Counted from the first letter of the stretch, positions 11,849-23,513 are shown. The stretch: 64,000 bases of DNA from Blastocystis sp. Blastoise (GCA_039096225.1 JBBPEB010000025.1:62001-126000), one strand, 5' to 3'. Notes: a model not told the origin generated them from the letters alone. Numbers and translations: made by a program.

Positions 11849-12514
11849 TTAAGATGCAGTAAAGTATATATAAAGATTTGTATTTGATAAATCAATTGGA
11901 TTATTTAATTGATCATATATTTCCCATTGGATATCTGTATATTTACCATCAATACATGGAATAGATAAATCACTTAAAGCAAATGTATTATCAAATCCTT
12001 GTTTAGCATATAAAGGAATAGAAATTAAATCATTATCTTTATTAATAATATCACAATACACACGTAACATATAGATCTTATACCATGAAATATTATTAGA
12101 TATATATTCATCACTGTAAGTAATTGGTGTATTAAAGTATTCATCATCTAATCCTAAATAATAAAAGAATTCTTTATTACTAAGACTTCTTCTGAATCCA
12201 CTATACGTACCAAATGTTTTTGTTTCTTTATCATAATAGAATGCACTCGTTTGTCCAGATACAGATATTGTCATCTTCTTACCAAGTTCAATTAATTTCT
12301 CAAAGAATTCTTCCAATGAATAGTTACCAGCTGGAAATGTATGTGCTGTTGCATTATTTTCAGTTATTCTGAAAGATGGGATATTAATGATATCACTTGT
12401 ATTCACTAATGTATTGATATGAGTAATATTTTTACCTACTAAATCCAAAGTATAATTGAATTGTTCATGACAAATTTGACTTGTAATTTTACTTAGATGA
12501 GATATTGATGTCAT
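11849..12514 (-). CDS. Minor capsid (penton-like single jelly-roll) protein
   Basis: FPAGNYSLEEF, LRVYCDII and IQWEIYDQLNNPIDL resemble Polinton/PLV mCP motifs; located between the ATPase and MCP. Confidence 0.75.
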   Translation of the reverse strand: MTSISHLSKITSQICHEQFNYTLDLVGKNITHINTLVNTSDIINIPSFRITENNATAHTFPAGNYSLEEFFEKLIELGKKMTISVSGQTSAFYYDKETKTFGTYSGFRRSLSNKEFFYYLGLDDEYFNTPITYSDEYISNNISWYKIYMLRVYCDIINKDNDLISIPLYAKQGFDNTFALSDLSIPCIDGKYTDIQWEIYDQLNNPIDLSNTNLYIYFTAS

Positions 12515-12612
12515 TTTTATTAAATGAATTAATTATGAAATTATAAACAAAACAATATTTTTTTAGAATAATATAAAGTTGATACAAATAATAAAAATAT
12601 CAAATAAATAAA

Positions 12613-13836
12613 TTAATTGGTAGCACCATCTCTAACAAATTTAACAAATATAAAATGAGCATATAAAGTATAAGGACCAGTAACAGTTCCACCAGTATAT
12701 TCAGTTAATAATGAGATATTAACTTCACAACCACTACGCGTATTGACATCAACAACACTTGAAATAGGGAATATATAAATAGGTTGTTCATACCACTTTT
12801 CACCGTTTAAAGGAGATTGAGGATGACTATTACATCTCCAAGTATTATAAAGCATAGCATTAGGAATAATTTGTGATGGATTCGTTGTTTTATACGTAGT
12901 AGGGAAATCCGTCTTTGGTAAGATATTTTGACCACCAATTTGGAATTGACATGATTTTAATAATTCAGTTTTAATAGGAATCATGCTCTTCTCTTGATTT
13001 GTGAAGTATAACATACAATAATCAGGTACGAAAACAACACTTCTATTGGATAAGAATTGTTGTGGAGTTGGTGTACCTGATACTGATGCTTGTGAATAAA
13101 CAGGTGTAGTGAATGCAGATATCTGACAATTATTAGGAATACATTTAATCAAAGCACGTGGATCATTACCAAAATTAATATCATAAATTTGTTGAAGATG
13201 AATATAAACACGATCAAATTTCAATGCAGTGATTACAGTGGTACCGGTAAATAGATTCTTTAAATAATTTGTAACGAATTGCATCTTCAAAGATTTTACT
13301 TTAATAGCACAATCAAATGTACCAAGACCAGTAATAAGAGATAAAGGAATAATAACTTGAGCTTTTTCTTTCATTTCCATTCCAGCAATACTACTCAACG
13401 TGTTATTATATAAGCATTCTGTCATACTATACATAGATTTATCAATTTCATCTTTACTTAATTCTTTAATAGTAACAAATTTTCTTGCTTTACTGGATTC
13501 AATAGAAGATTCAGAATAATTAATAAGAATATCTTGACCCGTAGGAGATACAAACGTAAGATCTGTAGTAATTTTATCAATAATACTATAGATATTAGAA
13601 TGTTGTACAACTGAAGATGTTGAATTTTTGTCTCTAGTACCAGTAATATTGAAATTCAGTTCTAAGAATGAATTACTGAAATCAATATAAGGGCTATCCA
13701 CTGAATTATATAAGAATTCAAATGGATAAGGTTGATTTAATAAATCTTGACTTGTAGAAACTAGAATAGGAATTTGTACAGGTTTAATAGTTTGATTTGC
13801 CTTTGAAGGTAAGAATTGTCTTGGGAATCCTTCCAT
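12613..13836 (-). CDS. Major capsid protein 1 (putative double jelly-roll)
   Basis: YIDFSNSFLELNFNI N-terminal motif, IIPL and VPDYCMLYF; 407 aa, beta-rich, in a capsid-module context. Confidence 0.75.
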   Translation of the reverse strand: MEGFPRQFLPSKANQTIKPVQIPILVSTSQDLLNQPYPFEFLYNSVDSPYIDFSNSFLELNFNITGTRDKNSTSSVVQHSNIYSIIDKITTDLTFVSPTGQDILINYSESSIESSKARKFVTIKELSKDEIDKSMYSMTECLYNNTLSSIAGMEMKEKAQVIIPLSLITGLGTFDCAIKVKSLKMQFVTNYLKNLFTGTTVITALKFDRVYIHLQQIYDINFGNDPRALIKCIPNNCQISAFTTPVYSQASVSGTPTPQQFLSNRSVVFVPDYCMLYFTNQEKSMIPIKTELLKSCQFQIGGQNILPKTDFPTTYKTTNPSQIIPNAMLYNTWRCNSHPQSPLNGEKWYEQPIYIFPISSVVDVNTRSGCEVNISLLTEYTGGTVTGPYTLYAHFIFVKFVRDGATN

Positions 13837-14012
13837 GTTAGTAATTATTGTTTATGTATTTTTTTTAACAAAATAAAAATAAAATAATAATAATATTTTA
13901 TAATTATTAATTAATTTTAATTTTTATAACAAAACAAATGATTTTATTATAGAATAGAATAGAATTAATTAAACAAGTTAACGTTAAGAATAGTAAGTAA
14001 GAAATATTAAAT

Positions 14013-15506
14013 TTAAATATCACGTACACTACGTACAGCGATCATATGTAAGGTATAAGGAGAACTATCACTTAGATCAGTAGTAGTATGTTTATAAATA
14101 CCAGCATGAGAAGCTACCTTATAAGAGGCAGTATCAGCTTCCCAATGATATTTTGTCTTTTTATCTGTTGGATCAACGTAACTTTTCCATTGACACGTTT
14201 GTCCATCAGGAACAGTGGATGAATCAATATGTTCATATTTAACATCATGAACATCAACATTACAATCGAAATTCAATTCAATACCACTATCTGATTGGAT
14301 ATTCATTAATGATTTTGTTGGAATAATATAAATAGGATGTTTAATCCATTCATCATATTTAAGAATAGTTTCAGGATTTGAATTATCAGCCCATAAACAA
14401 TATAAATTCTTATTAGGACAAGATAAACTAGTAGTTTCTGCATTATTGAAGACATGACCTTTTGTAGTAAGATTATGATAATACATTTGAGTAGGGAATT
14501 CAGTTTGAGGGAACATTTGAACATCACCAATCAAACAACTTTGATATGTTGGCCATACATTTGGACTAGCTATATTACTAATAGTTGTTGAACTATACCC
14601 ATTTGTAAACCAAAATAATATATATTCAGGTATAAATGGTAAAGCTCTATTGATATTGAAATGATTAGTAGTTAATCTTGTATTTTGATAATCAACTTGA
14701 ATACATGTAGGTATAGTTTTATATAATTCATTCGATTGGAACTGAATATCTTTATAAGTCATTAAATTCATAGTAGCTGATTCAATCTTGAATGTACTAA
14801 ACCATTTTTCATCATCTAAATGTAACCATTCGGTAGTTTTGGTAGCAGTACCATTCTTGAAATAAATACTCATTTTATTATCAATTAATGATTCAATAGT
14901 ACTAGTTCTAAATAACATATTGAAATGTTTAGTTAATATTAAAGAATCTCCATCAACACCTAAACCACTAATAAGATATAAAGGAATAGCAATATGAATA
15001 GATTCATTTGGATGTGCACGTATATAACGAATAGAATTCAATTCATAAGTATCTGCAGATAAATCTTCACCATACATAGATTTTTCTAAATCATTTTTAC
15101 TAATATCTTTTAATAATATCATTTTACGACCACGTGAAGCATGTGTACAATTTTCTTCATATTTTAAAGCACGATCAGATCCATCAGGTAATGTATAAAC
15201 CATTTCAACATCAGTAGTATCAATAATAGAATAAATATTAGCTTTTTGAACTAATTGATCCAAGAAATATTGACATAATTGATCATAGGTGAAACTAGCA
15301 GAAGTACCTGTTTCATCTAAATAAACAGAAACTGGTCCAGCTTTATCTGTTACAGTTGCTTTGACAGTAAGATCCAAATAGGATTGATTGAAATTGATAT
15401 AAGTATTATCCACATTAGTCCAATGATATTGAAAGATATAAGGACTAGATAGAATATCAGTATTGCTTTGAATAGGAATATTATCTTTAATTCTTAAGAT
15501 TCTCAT
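14013..15506 (-). CDS. Major capsid protein 2 (paralog of 12613-13836 with insertions)
   Basis: Colinear shared blocks: YINFNQSYLDL, NIYSIID, KSMY, IPLYLISGLG, FIPEYILFWFTN, PQTEFPT, PIYIIP, PYTL. Confidence 0.75.
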   Translation of the reverse strand: MRILRIKDNIPIQSNTDILSSPYIFQYHWTNVDNTYINFNQSYLDLTVKATVTDKAGPVSVYLDETGTSASFTYDQLCQYFLDQLVQKANIYSIIDTTDVEMVYTLPDGSDRALKYEENCTHASRGRKMILLKDISKNDLEKSMYGEDLSADTYELNSIRYIRAHPNESIHIAIPLYLISGLGVDGDSLILTKHFNMLFRTSTIESLIDNKMSIYFKNGTATKTTEWLHLDDEKWFSTFKIESATMNLMTYKDIQFQSNELYKTIPTCIQVDYQNTRLTTNHFNINRALPFIPEYILFWFTNGYSSTTISNIASPNVWPTYQSCLIGDVQMFPQTEFPTQMYYHNLTTKGHVFNNAETTSLSCPNKNLYCLWADNSNPETILKYDEWIKHPIYIIPTKSLMNIQSDSGIELNFDCNVDVHDVKYEHIDSSTVPDGQTCQWKSYVDPTDKKTKYHWEADTASYKVASHAGIYKHTTTDLSDSSPYTLHMIAVRSVRDI

Positions 15507-15576
15507 TTTTTTTAATAAAAAATATTAATAAATAAAATAAAATTAATATAAATTATAATTTAATAAATTAGAAAAT

Positions 15577-18015
15577 ATGGAACTTGATGATGATAATTAT
15601 GAAGAACAGACTTCATTAGAAGAGAAGGATACTCGTATTAAAACACATGTAGTCCCTATTGATGTTCGTTGTATTGATAATCAATTCAATATACATTTAT
15701 CGAATTCTATTGATATCACTAAAAATATCATTTCTTATATTGATCTTAATTTAATTGGTAGTGAAAGTGTGCCTCTATTTGATACATTCACAAAAACACA
15801 AATATTCAAATATATAAATACTCGTGTCAATGGTAATAGTTCCGTATATACAATCACTTTAGATCAGAAAAATTATTCCATTCCACAATTATTAGAACTA
15901 TGTCATTTTGATGTATGTGATAGACCAGTAATAAAAGATTCTCCTGATATTGATCCTACTGTCAAAATTAATGAATACCCTACAATAACCATTGATAGAG
16001 ATGATTGGTATTGTGAATTCACAATTGCTAATACTAGACGTGGCTTTTATTTCCCAAGAGGAACCTATACAGATATAGAATTTTGGTGGGTTGCTGTATG
16101 TTGTGTATCAGCTGTATGGAAAAACCCGGTAGGTAATCGAATAATGATGAAATATGATGATGATACTATAACAATATATAGACCTGAAGTCACCACTTAT
16201 AATATTCCTGTTACAACAACAGGAACTTATAAATTTAATGGATTCTTTACTAATGGAAGTAATGATTATAAAACATATACTGTTTCAACACAAGATAGTG
16301 AAAATAAAATAACTTGTGAAGTAAATGGTGCTCATACATTTTATTTTAATTGGTCAAGTAGTAATATACTCAGTTTAGAAAGGCAATTATTCACTGGTTT
16401 GAAAATAAATAGCAATACATTGGTGTATACTACACCTCAAAAAGAAATTACATTAAATAGAATGAAAAGAACAGTTACAGTTGAAGATAAATATAATACT
16501 ATGATTATTAGACATATAAATAAATATGATGGTAATTATGACACTACATTCACTGTTCCTCCTGGTGACTATACTGAAGATGAATTCTATGATTTATTAG
16601 AAAGTTCAATTAATAATACTATTAAAACAAATTATTTAAGTATAACAAAAGATGCTCAAACTATGGACGATAAGGATGGATATATTTTATATTTATCATT
16701 TCAAGATATTGATTCAACATCATGGACACTTACAGCTATAGATATAGAACATTCATTATTTAAGTATCGTGGTGCTCTACATAATATACGTCCTGATTTA
16801 GTTTATGATGAACAAGGATGTTTTGCTTGGCATGTATCTTATGGTAAACAATTATTACCAGATACACCTGTTGATTTGAATACATTAGATTTAGATGGTA
16901 ATTATAAGTGTTATACTGATAGTTATCATATAGATTTTTCTCAAGCTCAAGAATTAGGTGAAATCCTAGGTTATAATAAATTAGGTCATGATGAAATTAT
17001 TAATTATGGTATTCATAATATTGATAGTAGTCGTCCAAAAGGAATGTTAATAGCTCAATCGAATATAGTAGATAATAGTCAGAATTCTTTATATTCATTC
17101 AATGTGAATAATTATAAAGGCAATAATGAATTTCATGATATTATGAATATTAATGTGTCTCCTTATTTGAATACAATACAAGATATTACAATACGATATA
17201 CTGATAAAAATAAACAATATGTGAATTTCAATAATAATTGTATTTTAAGAGGATTCTTAGAATTCTCAGATACAGTAGATACGATTCAACCAAGTGAAAC
17301 TATTAAGAAATTATGTTTGAATTGTTTAACAGCAGACACACAATTCTATGCTGAATATCCTACATTGAATATCCAAAATAAGATCTTAAAAGATATTATT
17401 ATTCAAAATGATACTGATACGATCCAAACAAATGCATCTAAATTATGTACTGGATATATAAATGGATCTTATTATCCAACATTTAGTTTTCCTTTATCGG
17501 ATAAATATGTTACATATAGTAATATAAATTCTCCAATCACAATTGATCATCATATCGATTTAAGATTTGATGAATTATTCAAAGGAAATATCATTTGTAA
17601 TATATGTGAACCGAATGGTAGTGATATACGTTTCAAAGCTTATGATGAAGTATATTGTGATTTTAGTACAAGTAAGAATTTAATTTATGAATTGAAGAAA
17701 ACCAATGTCTATGGATATCAATACTTAACGAATATACAAATTATATCAGTGTATGGTCAATCCACTGATTACTTATATCCTATTTCATTAAGATGTTTTA
17801 CTAATGAATATGAGAATAATATTCATGTTATTGATACTACAAATCTACCTTATTACTATTCGAATGGTATTAAATATGAAGGTATATCGAATAAGATCAA
17901 TAAGAATGTTTATTATTGTAATCGTAAATTATTAAAGTTATTACCTCATGATAATATGTTCTTTATTACTTGTGATTATCCTTGTGTTGTTTTATTAACT
18001 ATCTCTTATATATAA
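15577..18015 (+). CDS. Large minor-capsid-like / fibre-like protein (812 aa)
   Basis: Three mCP-type motifs (LDQKNYSIPQL, FPRGTYTDIEF, VPPGDYTEDEF) plus LGEILGY, QSNIV and ITIRYTDKNKQYVNFNN. Confidence 0.6.
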   Translation: MELDDDNYEEQTSLEEKDTRIKTHVVPIDVRCIDNQFNIHLSNSIDITKNIISYIDLNLIGSESVPLFDTFTKTQIFKYINTRVNGNSSVYTITLDQKNYSIPQLLELCHFDVCDRPVIKDSPDIDPTVKINEYPTITIDRDDWYCEFTIANTRRGFYFPRGTYTDIEFWWVAVCCVSAVWKNPVGNRIMMKYDDDTITIYRPEVTTYNIPVTTTGTYKFNGFFTNGSNDYKTYTVSTQDSENKITCEVNGAHTFYFNWSSSNILSLERQLFTGLKINSNTLVYTTPQKEITLNRMKRTVTVEDKYNTMIIRHINKYDGNYDTTFTVPPGDYTEDEFYDLLESSINNTIKTNYLSITKDAQTMDDKDGYILYLSFQDIDSTSWTLTAIDIEHSLFKYRGALHNIRPDLVYDEQGCFAWHVSYGKQLLPDTPVDLNTLDLDGNYKCYTDSYHIDFSQAQELGEILGYNKLGHDEIINYGIHNIDSSRPKGMLIAQSNIVDNSQNSLYSFNVNNYKGNNEFHDIMNINVSPYLNTIQDITIRYTDKNKQYVNFNNNCILRGFLEFSDTVDTIQPSETIKKLCLNCLTADTQFYAEYPTLNIQNKILKDIIIQNDTDTIQTNASKLCTGYINGSYYPTFSFPLSDKYVTYSNINSPITIDHHIDLRFDELFKGNIICNICEPNGSDIRFKAYDEVYCDFSTSKNLIYELKKTNVYGYQYLTNIQIISVYGQSTDYLYPISLRCFTNEYENNIHVIDTTNLPYYYSNGIKYEGISNKINKNVYYCNRKLLKLLPHDNMFFITCDYPCVVLLTISYI

Positions 18016-18084
18016 ATATTTTAAGTCATTTCATTTAAATTAAAAAATGTTTTGTTATATTATTCATTTAAAAATTATTAAAAA

Positions 18085-18507
18085 ATGGAGCCTAAATCTG
18101 TATCTGAATCCTTACATTCTTTATCAAGTACAAGTTCAACAAGTTCAGATAGTTCAACAACAACCACATTATCCGAAGAAGAAATAGAAAAGAAAAATAC
18201 TTTATTAGAATTTATTATAAAAGCTATAAAATGTTTATTTGAGAAATCAACTGAATTCTTTCAATTAATTGTTAAAAATATAGATATTCATTGTAATTGT
18301 TGTAATCCACAAACAAAGAAAGTCTATTATAAGACAATGAAAATACAACAAACTATTATTGAAGAAGAAGTCAAACATATATCAGAAGTCTTGAATGAAT
18401 TAGAAGAAATTGATTCTAATCAAAATGAATCAATACAAGAATTAGCTGTTCAATTAATGAAATTAAATATAAGTGTTGATTCTATTGTTCAATCTCTTCA
18501 TTTATAA
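18085..18507 (+). CDS. Hypothetical viral protein (140 aa; Ser-rich N-terminus, coiled-coil C-terminus)
   Basis: ATG-initiated ORF followed by the element's 3' motif at 18542. Confidence 0.7.
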   Translation: MEPKSVSESLHSLSSTSSTSSDSSTTTTLSEEEIEKKNTLLEFIIKAIKCLFEKSTEFFQLIVKNIDIHCNCCNPQTKKVYYKTMKIQQTIIEEEVKHISEVLNELEEIDSNQNESIQELAVQLMKLNISVDSIVQSLHL

Positions 18508-18574
18508 TTCTATGAAATGTTATAAAATATTAATAATAAATTTGTTTTGTTTATAAATAATTTAATTTTTAATA

Positions 18575-20371
18575 ATGCAATCAACAGGTTATTCAGATAA
18601 AGATTGTGAGGAATTCTTTACAAATTGTATAGATCAATTATTACATTGGAAGAAAATACAATTATCAACAAGTATAAATTGGAAGAAATGGATCAAGACA
18701 ATATGTAAGAAATTTCGTAATGAAGAACGAATTCAAATCGATGATATGGAAGAACCGTTCTTTTGTGTAGAAGTGTTAACAGATCCATTTCAATTTCAAA
18801 ATGTTATGCAACATAAACAAACAGAAGCTCCTGGACAACAAGGTGGATTATCCAATACTACTGTAGCTAATTATATGCAAATGATTACATATATAATGAA
18901 GAATATATCTATTTGTACAGATGATGAAGATATCATTAATTATAAAGCATTTACTCCACAAAATATAAAGAAATGGGAACATTTATGGGGTTCTTTACAA
19001 ATAGATGCTACTTATTCAAGACATTATGAAATCACTCAGAAAATTATTAATTGTGAAGCTGATTGGGGAGAAATCATTAATATCACCAAAAAGAATTATT
19101 TAGAGAATCCTAATGATTTATATTATGTGAATAGTTATTTATTAGTTTTAACTTATGATACATTATGTGCTCGTAATGATTATAATGATTGTGTAATCTA
19201 TACTCGTGGTCAACAAATTCCTTTATCGTTAAGAAGAACAACCAATTATATTGATTTAAATACTCTGACTATTCATGTGAATGATACAAAGAATCGATTT
19301 GAAATCGGTAAGAATGAATATCCTACTTATCAATATTTATCAGAAGAATATTTGAATGTCTTAGCTAGATCCTTACGTTTATTTCCAAGACATTATTTAT
19401 TTGTTACTGAGAATGGTGGTAAAGTACGTGATTTGAAATTTGGTGATGAATATATAAAACCCCATTTAGGCTGGATTTATAAAACACAACAGAATAATTC
19501 TTTAATTAATGGTTGTGATATTATAAGACATTTATTTGCTCAATATTATTATAGATTATCAAGAGAAGCACAATTCCAACATAATGATTCAGAACACGAA
19601 TCTAAAGGTGTAGAACTCTTTGAAAATTCGATTATGAAGATGTTACATAGTCAATCAACACATATGGAAAATTATATATCTCCTTATTTATCTTCTCATT
19701 CAACTAAATTGCAAGATTTAGATAATAAAACAAGAACATTTCATATTGATATGAATAATATTACTTATACAAGAGAAATTAATCAATTAAATAAATTATT
19801 ATTTTTATGTAAACGATTTAATGATCGTATAGAACAATATGATGAAGACTATGAAGATGTATTTGGTAAAGAGAATTTCAATATGAAATCAGAATCGATA
19901 TTAAGTAGTCTAGAACAATATTCATCAGATAATGATACTATAATGATTACATTAAGATATTATAAAGATCTATTAAAGCATCATTATCCAGATAAAACAG
20001 ATTTAGAAAATGAATTACCTGTAGGATGTACATTAGAATCTGAAGAAGTTCCAGATGATTCTAGAGATCGTTATAATCGTTTTATACGTAATAAACAATT
20101 ATTACCTGATCATTTACATAATAATACAACGGATTCAGAATTAACGAATACTCAAGCATCTCTTATGCAACAAAATACTCAAGATGAAAACTCTACACCT
20201 ATAGTTATGAATAATTCAGATACTTATGCATTACGTAGTCTTTCTACTATGCCTCCTTTAGAACCTATTCATCGTGGTCATGGTTTATTGAAAAAACATA
20301 AAAGTAATGCATTCTTTAAAGTCAAAGTCCCTAAAAAACATTTTCATGGAATTCAATTTAAATTTTATTAA
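18575..20371 (+). CDS. Tyrosine recombinase 1 (598 aa, long C-terminal extension)
   Basis: Catalytic-like R (LCARNDY), K (DTKN), R (IIRHLFA) and H-x8-Y (MLHSQSTHMENY). Confidence 0.8.
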   Translation: MQSTGYSDKDCEEFFTNCIDQLLHWKKIQLSTSINWKKWIKTICKKFRNEERIQIDDMEEPFFCVEVLTDPFQFQNVMQHKQTEAPGQQGGLSNTTVANYMQMITYIMKNISICTDDEDIINYKAFTPQNIKKWEHLWGSLQIDATYSRHYEITQKIINCEADWGEIINITKKNYLENPNDLYYVNSYLLVLTYDTLCARNDYNDCVIYTRGQQIPLSLRRTTNYIDLNTLTIHVNDTKNRFEIGKNEYPTYQYLSEEYLNVLARSLRLFPRHYLFVTENGGKVRDLKFGDEYIKPHLGWIYKTQQNNSLINGCDIIRHLFAQYYYRLSREAQFQHNDSEHESKGVELFENSIMKMLHSQSTHMENYISPYLSSHSTKLQDLDNKTRTFHIDMNNITYTREINQLNKLLFLCKRFNDRIEQYDEDYEDVFGKENFNMKSESILSSLEQYSSDNDTIMITLRYYKDLLKHHYPDKTDLENELPVGCTLESEEVPDDSRDRYNRFIRNKQLLPDHLHNNTTDSELTNTQASLMQQNTQDENSTPIVMNNSDTYALRSLSTMPPLEPIHRGHGLLKKHKSNAFFKVKVPKKHFHGIQFKFY

Positions 20372-20424
20372 TTTTTTAAACATATAAACAAAACAACTTT
20401 TTATAGTAAAAAATAAATATATAT

Positions 20425-23400
20425 TTAATTTGGTATAGCATATAAAGTATTATCTATTAAAATTCGTTTTGTTGATGACGTATTATGATATTGATCTTCA
20501 CTATAAACAATTTCTTCTTTCTTAGATAAACAATTGGATAAACAGAATAAATCTGTATCTACACATTCATTATAAGTATTATCAATCATTAAACCACAAA
20601 TACCAATAGCATTCCCTCCCTTATAGAAATTTGAAGTATGTTTTCTATGAATATTCACAATATCTATAGAATTAAATGTATCTTTACTACTTAAACAACC
20701 AAATAAAGCATTTGTAAATTTATCTAAATCTTTCTTAATCGTAAATTGATTATTATTATTCACTTTCTTATAACTATTAAAAATATCTTCAATAGTAACT
20801 ACATTCAAATAATAAGGATCTATAGTAATATGGTTATCAACAAAAGATTTCAAATCATATCCTTCTGTACTACGATCAAAGAATCGTTTCTTACATTCAC
20901 TTATATGATATTCATTATCTAATTCATGCATATCTAATTGCATACTAGAATAGAAATAATTACTTACTAGATAACTAAAGATAATTGAACGATTCTGATA
21001 GAATTTATCAGATAAAGTATAATCCATTTCATAATGATTGGGTTTCAATCTCTTTTCTACTGTCTGTTTACGTTTCGGTAAATTATGATCTACATAATCT
21101 TCATATAAATTAGCATTACCAGGAGGGAAATAACGACAACATGATGGTAAGAAACAAACTCTTCTTTCAATAGGACCAGCATTCACAGCAGTAGGTTGGA
21201 TATTACTTGTCATAAATAAAGTACCCGTGAAATGAACTTTTGTAAATATATTACTGAATAATTTACGAGCACTAGCACCTTCTTTCTTTTCTGCTATTTC
21301 TTTAAAGACTTTAGAAGAGAATGGATTAAATGTTTTCTTTCTACCAGTAACATCTTCTTCTATTAATTCATTCATATAATACATAGTCTTATTAGACATA
21401 TCTACAATCTTAGGAGCTATAGATGTTTCTTCTAAATTATCTGGATTTACTATAATACATTGATTACTACCTACAATACGAGAAATTAAATCAGTTGTTA
21501 TTGTTTTACCATTACTACCTGTACTACCATATAATATATAAGAAACTGTTTTCTGAGTATTGACATAGAAAGCAGTGGTTAAGATACGTAACATAATACT
21601 TTCATATTTCTTATCGAATTCACAATATCTTGCAATATGTTGTTCAAATAATTGGATAATATCTTTCTGTTCATTATTAATATTCCAACTTACATTAAAT
21701 TCAGTATCAATTAATAAATCTTCAAACACCATATCTTCTTTATGATATGGTTGGATATAATATTGTCTAGGATCTTCTTCTGTTGATTCTTTTGGATATA
21801 AATAGCCAAGTTGTGTATAGATAACACGTTCTTTATGAACCATATACGTATCTAAATATTCTTTATAAGATTTACCATAAGTCTTCAAATAACGATTCAA
21901 CCATTCTTTATAATGATATTCATTAGTAACAGAAGCAGACATTATTTTATCAACTATTTTTTGATGTTGTTCATTCTCTTTGGAATATAATCTTGATAAT
22001 TTGAATTTCTCTACAATCGATTTCATAAATGTAGTTATTTTGGTTTCAAAGAAATTAATATCATAATTATTCTTACAACGTCTTAAGATATTATATTCAT
22101 CAAATGTATATAAGATAAAATTATCTTTATCTAATATAATAGAAACAATTTCATTAAATTCTAATAATTGAAATAACATAACTAATGTTTGTGAATCTAC
22201 AAGATTAAAGGATTGAATACATTCTAAAATAGACATAAATATGAAATCATTATCATCATCTTTATTAAATAATTTATTATCCATTAATATCTTCAAAATA
22301 TAATTATTCGATAAATGAGTAGGATCAACTTGTATATGATTCCATGTAGATTCAATTACATCATCACTTCGATCATGACCATAACGTAATGAATAATTTT
22401 TAAATAATTCTAATCCTCTTGTTGTATTACAAATCTGTTTTGCTGCACAACATAATTTATACCAAGTATTATGAGATTCAAAATAATTCATATCTTCAAT
22501 AGAACCAATCAATAATAAATATCGTTCTAATAAAGCTTCTTTAGATGCTGTAGTATCCAATATAGTATCTGTAGAAATCAACATAGGAATATCTTTAATA
22601 TCTTGTATAGAACATAATATAGTACGTGAACAATTATTTAATCTTGCATAATAACGTTTATAACGTGAATATTGTTTTAATTTATAAAAAATAATAGGAT
22701 TAATAATATCACTTATAATATCATCTTCATTCTTATAATTCAATAATGTTTTGAAATAATAATGTTCATCGATTTCATCATCTATTTTCTTCCATGTTTT
22801 ATTGGTATATTCTTCATATAATTTATAAGTAGATGGAGAATTATCTTTACTACAACCAAGAAACATACAACCATTATTCTTTCTGGGTTTACCAATAACA
22901 TTATAATCAATGAATTCTTTTATATCTAAATTATATGTTTTACATAAATCAACCAATTTGGTATTCAGAATCATACTATTATATAAGAAAAATAAATAAT
23001 CACCATTTACAAACCAATTTGTATATATATGAATTCCCCATGAATAATGTATTTCATTATGAACTGTCTTCTTATTCACTTCTTTCTTTGTATACACAAG
23101 CGAAATAAATTCTTGATTATAATAATGAATACAATGATTACATATTTCTTCTATAAATTCATGAATAAAAGAATCTGTTAGAAAAGAAAAATCATTTGAT
23201 ATTTGGTGATAATCTAAATCAAACCATAATCTTCTATAATTAGTTGATGTATTACAAGGAGTACAATCAATATAATGTAATAATTCTTTTGGATTTTGAT
23301 AATTAGTAAACAGACTTTTATAAAATGGTAATGGATTTGGTATAATAATTTCACTATGATTATCTTTTGAATTATCATGATTAAAGGAACCAAAAGTATA

Positions 23401-23427
23401 AACAAAATGAATTTGTGAATTTTCCAT
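20425..23427 (-). CDS. AEP primase-polymerase + PriCT-2 + SF3 (D5-like) helicase
   Basis: LWFDLDY, WGIHIY, PriCT-2-like NTWYKL..GLELFKNYS, Walker A YGSTGSNGKT, Walker B YYMNE, motif C FMTSN, Arg finger IERRV. Likely ATG at 23427 (the track start at 23475 is TTG). Confidence 0.9.
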   Translation of the reverse strand: MENSQIHFVYTFGSFNHDNSKDNHSEIIIPNPLPFYKSLFTNYQNPKELLHYIDCTPCNTSTNYRRLWFDLDYHQISNDFSFLTDSFIHEFIEEICNHCIHYYNQEFISLVYTKKEVNKKTVHNEIHYSWGIHIYTNWFVNGDYLFFLYNSMILNTKLVDLCKTYNLDIKEFIDYNVIGKPRKNNGCMFLGCSKDNSPSTYKLYEEYTNKTWKKIDDEIDEHYYFKTLLNYKNEDDIISDIINPIIFYKLKQYSRYKRYYARLNNCSRTILCSIQDIKDIPMLISTDTILDTTASKEALLERYLLLIGSIEDMNYFESHNTWYKLCCAAKQICNTTRGLELFKNYSLRYGHDRSDDVIESTWNHIQVDPTHLSNNYILKILMDNKLFNKDDDNDFIFMSILECIQSFNLVDSQTLVMLFQLLEFNEIVSIILDKDNFILYTFDEYNILRRCKNNYDINFFETKITTFMKSIVEKFKLSRLYSKENEQHQKIVDKIMSASVTNEYHYKEWLNRYLKTYGKSYKEYLDTYMVHKERVIYTQLGYLYPKESTEEDPRQYYIQPYHKEDMVFEDLLIDTEFNVSWNINNEQKDIIQLFEQHIARYCEFDKKYESIMLRILTTAFYVNTQKTVSYILYGSTGSNGKTITTDLISRIVGSNQCIIVNPDNLEETSIAPKIVDMSNKTMYYMNELIEEDVTGRKKTFNPFSSKVFKEIAEKKEGASARKLFSNIFTKVHFTGTLFMTSNIQPTAVNAGPIERRVCFLPSCCRYFPPGNANLYEDYVDHNLPKRKQTVEKRLKPNHYEMDYTLSDKFYQNRSIIFSYLVSNYFYSSMQLDMHELDNEYHISECKKRFFDRSTEGYDLKSFVDNHITIDPYYLNVVTIEDIFNSYKKVNNNNQFTIKKDLDKFTNALFGCLSSKDTFNSIDIVNIHRKHTSNFYKGGNAIGICGLMIDNTYNECVDTDLFCLSNCLSKKEEIVYSEDQYHNTSSTKRILIDNTLYAIPN

Positions 23428-23513
23428 GATTATTTGACTTATAAATAATGAAAATAAATATGGCATAAAATTCAAAACAAATAATATATTAAAGATTCTA
23501 GAAGTCAGTTTTA

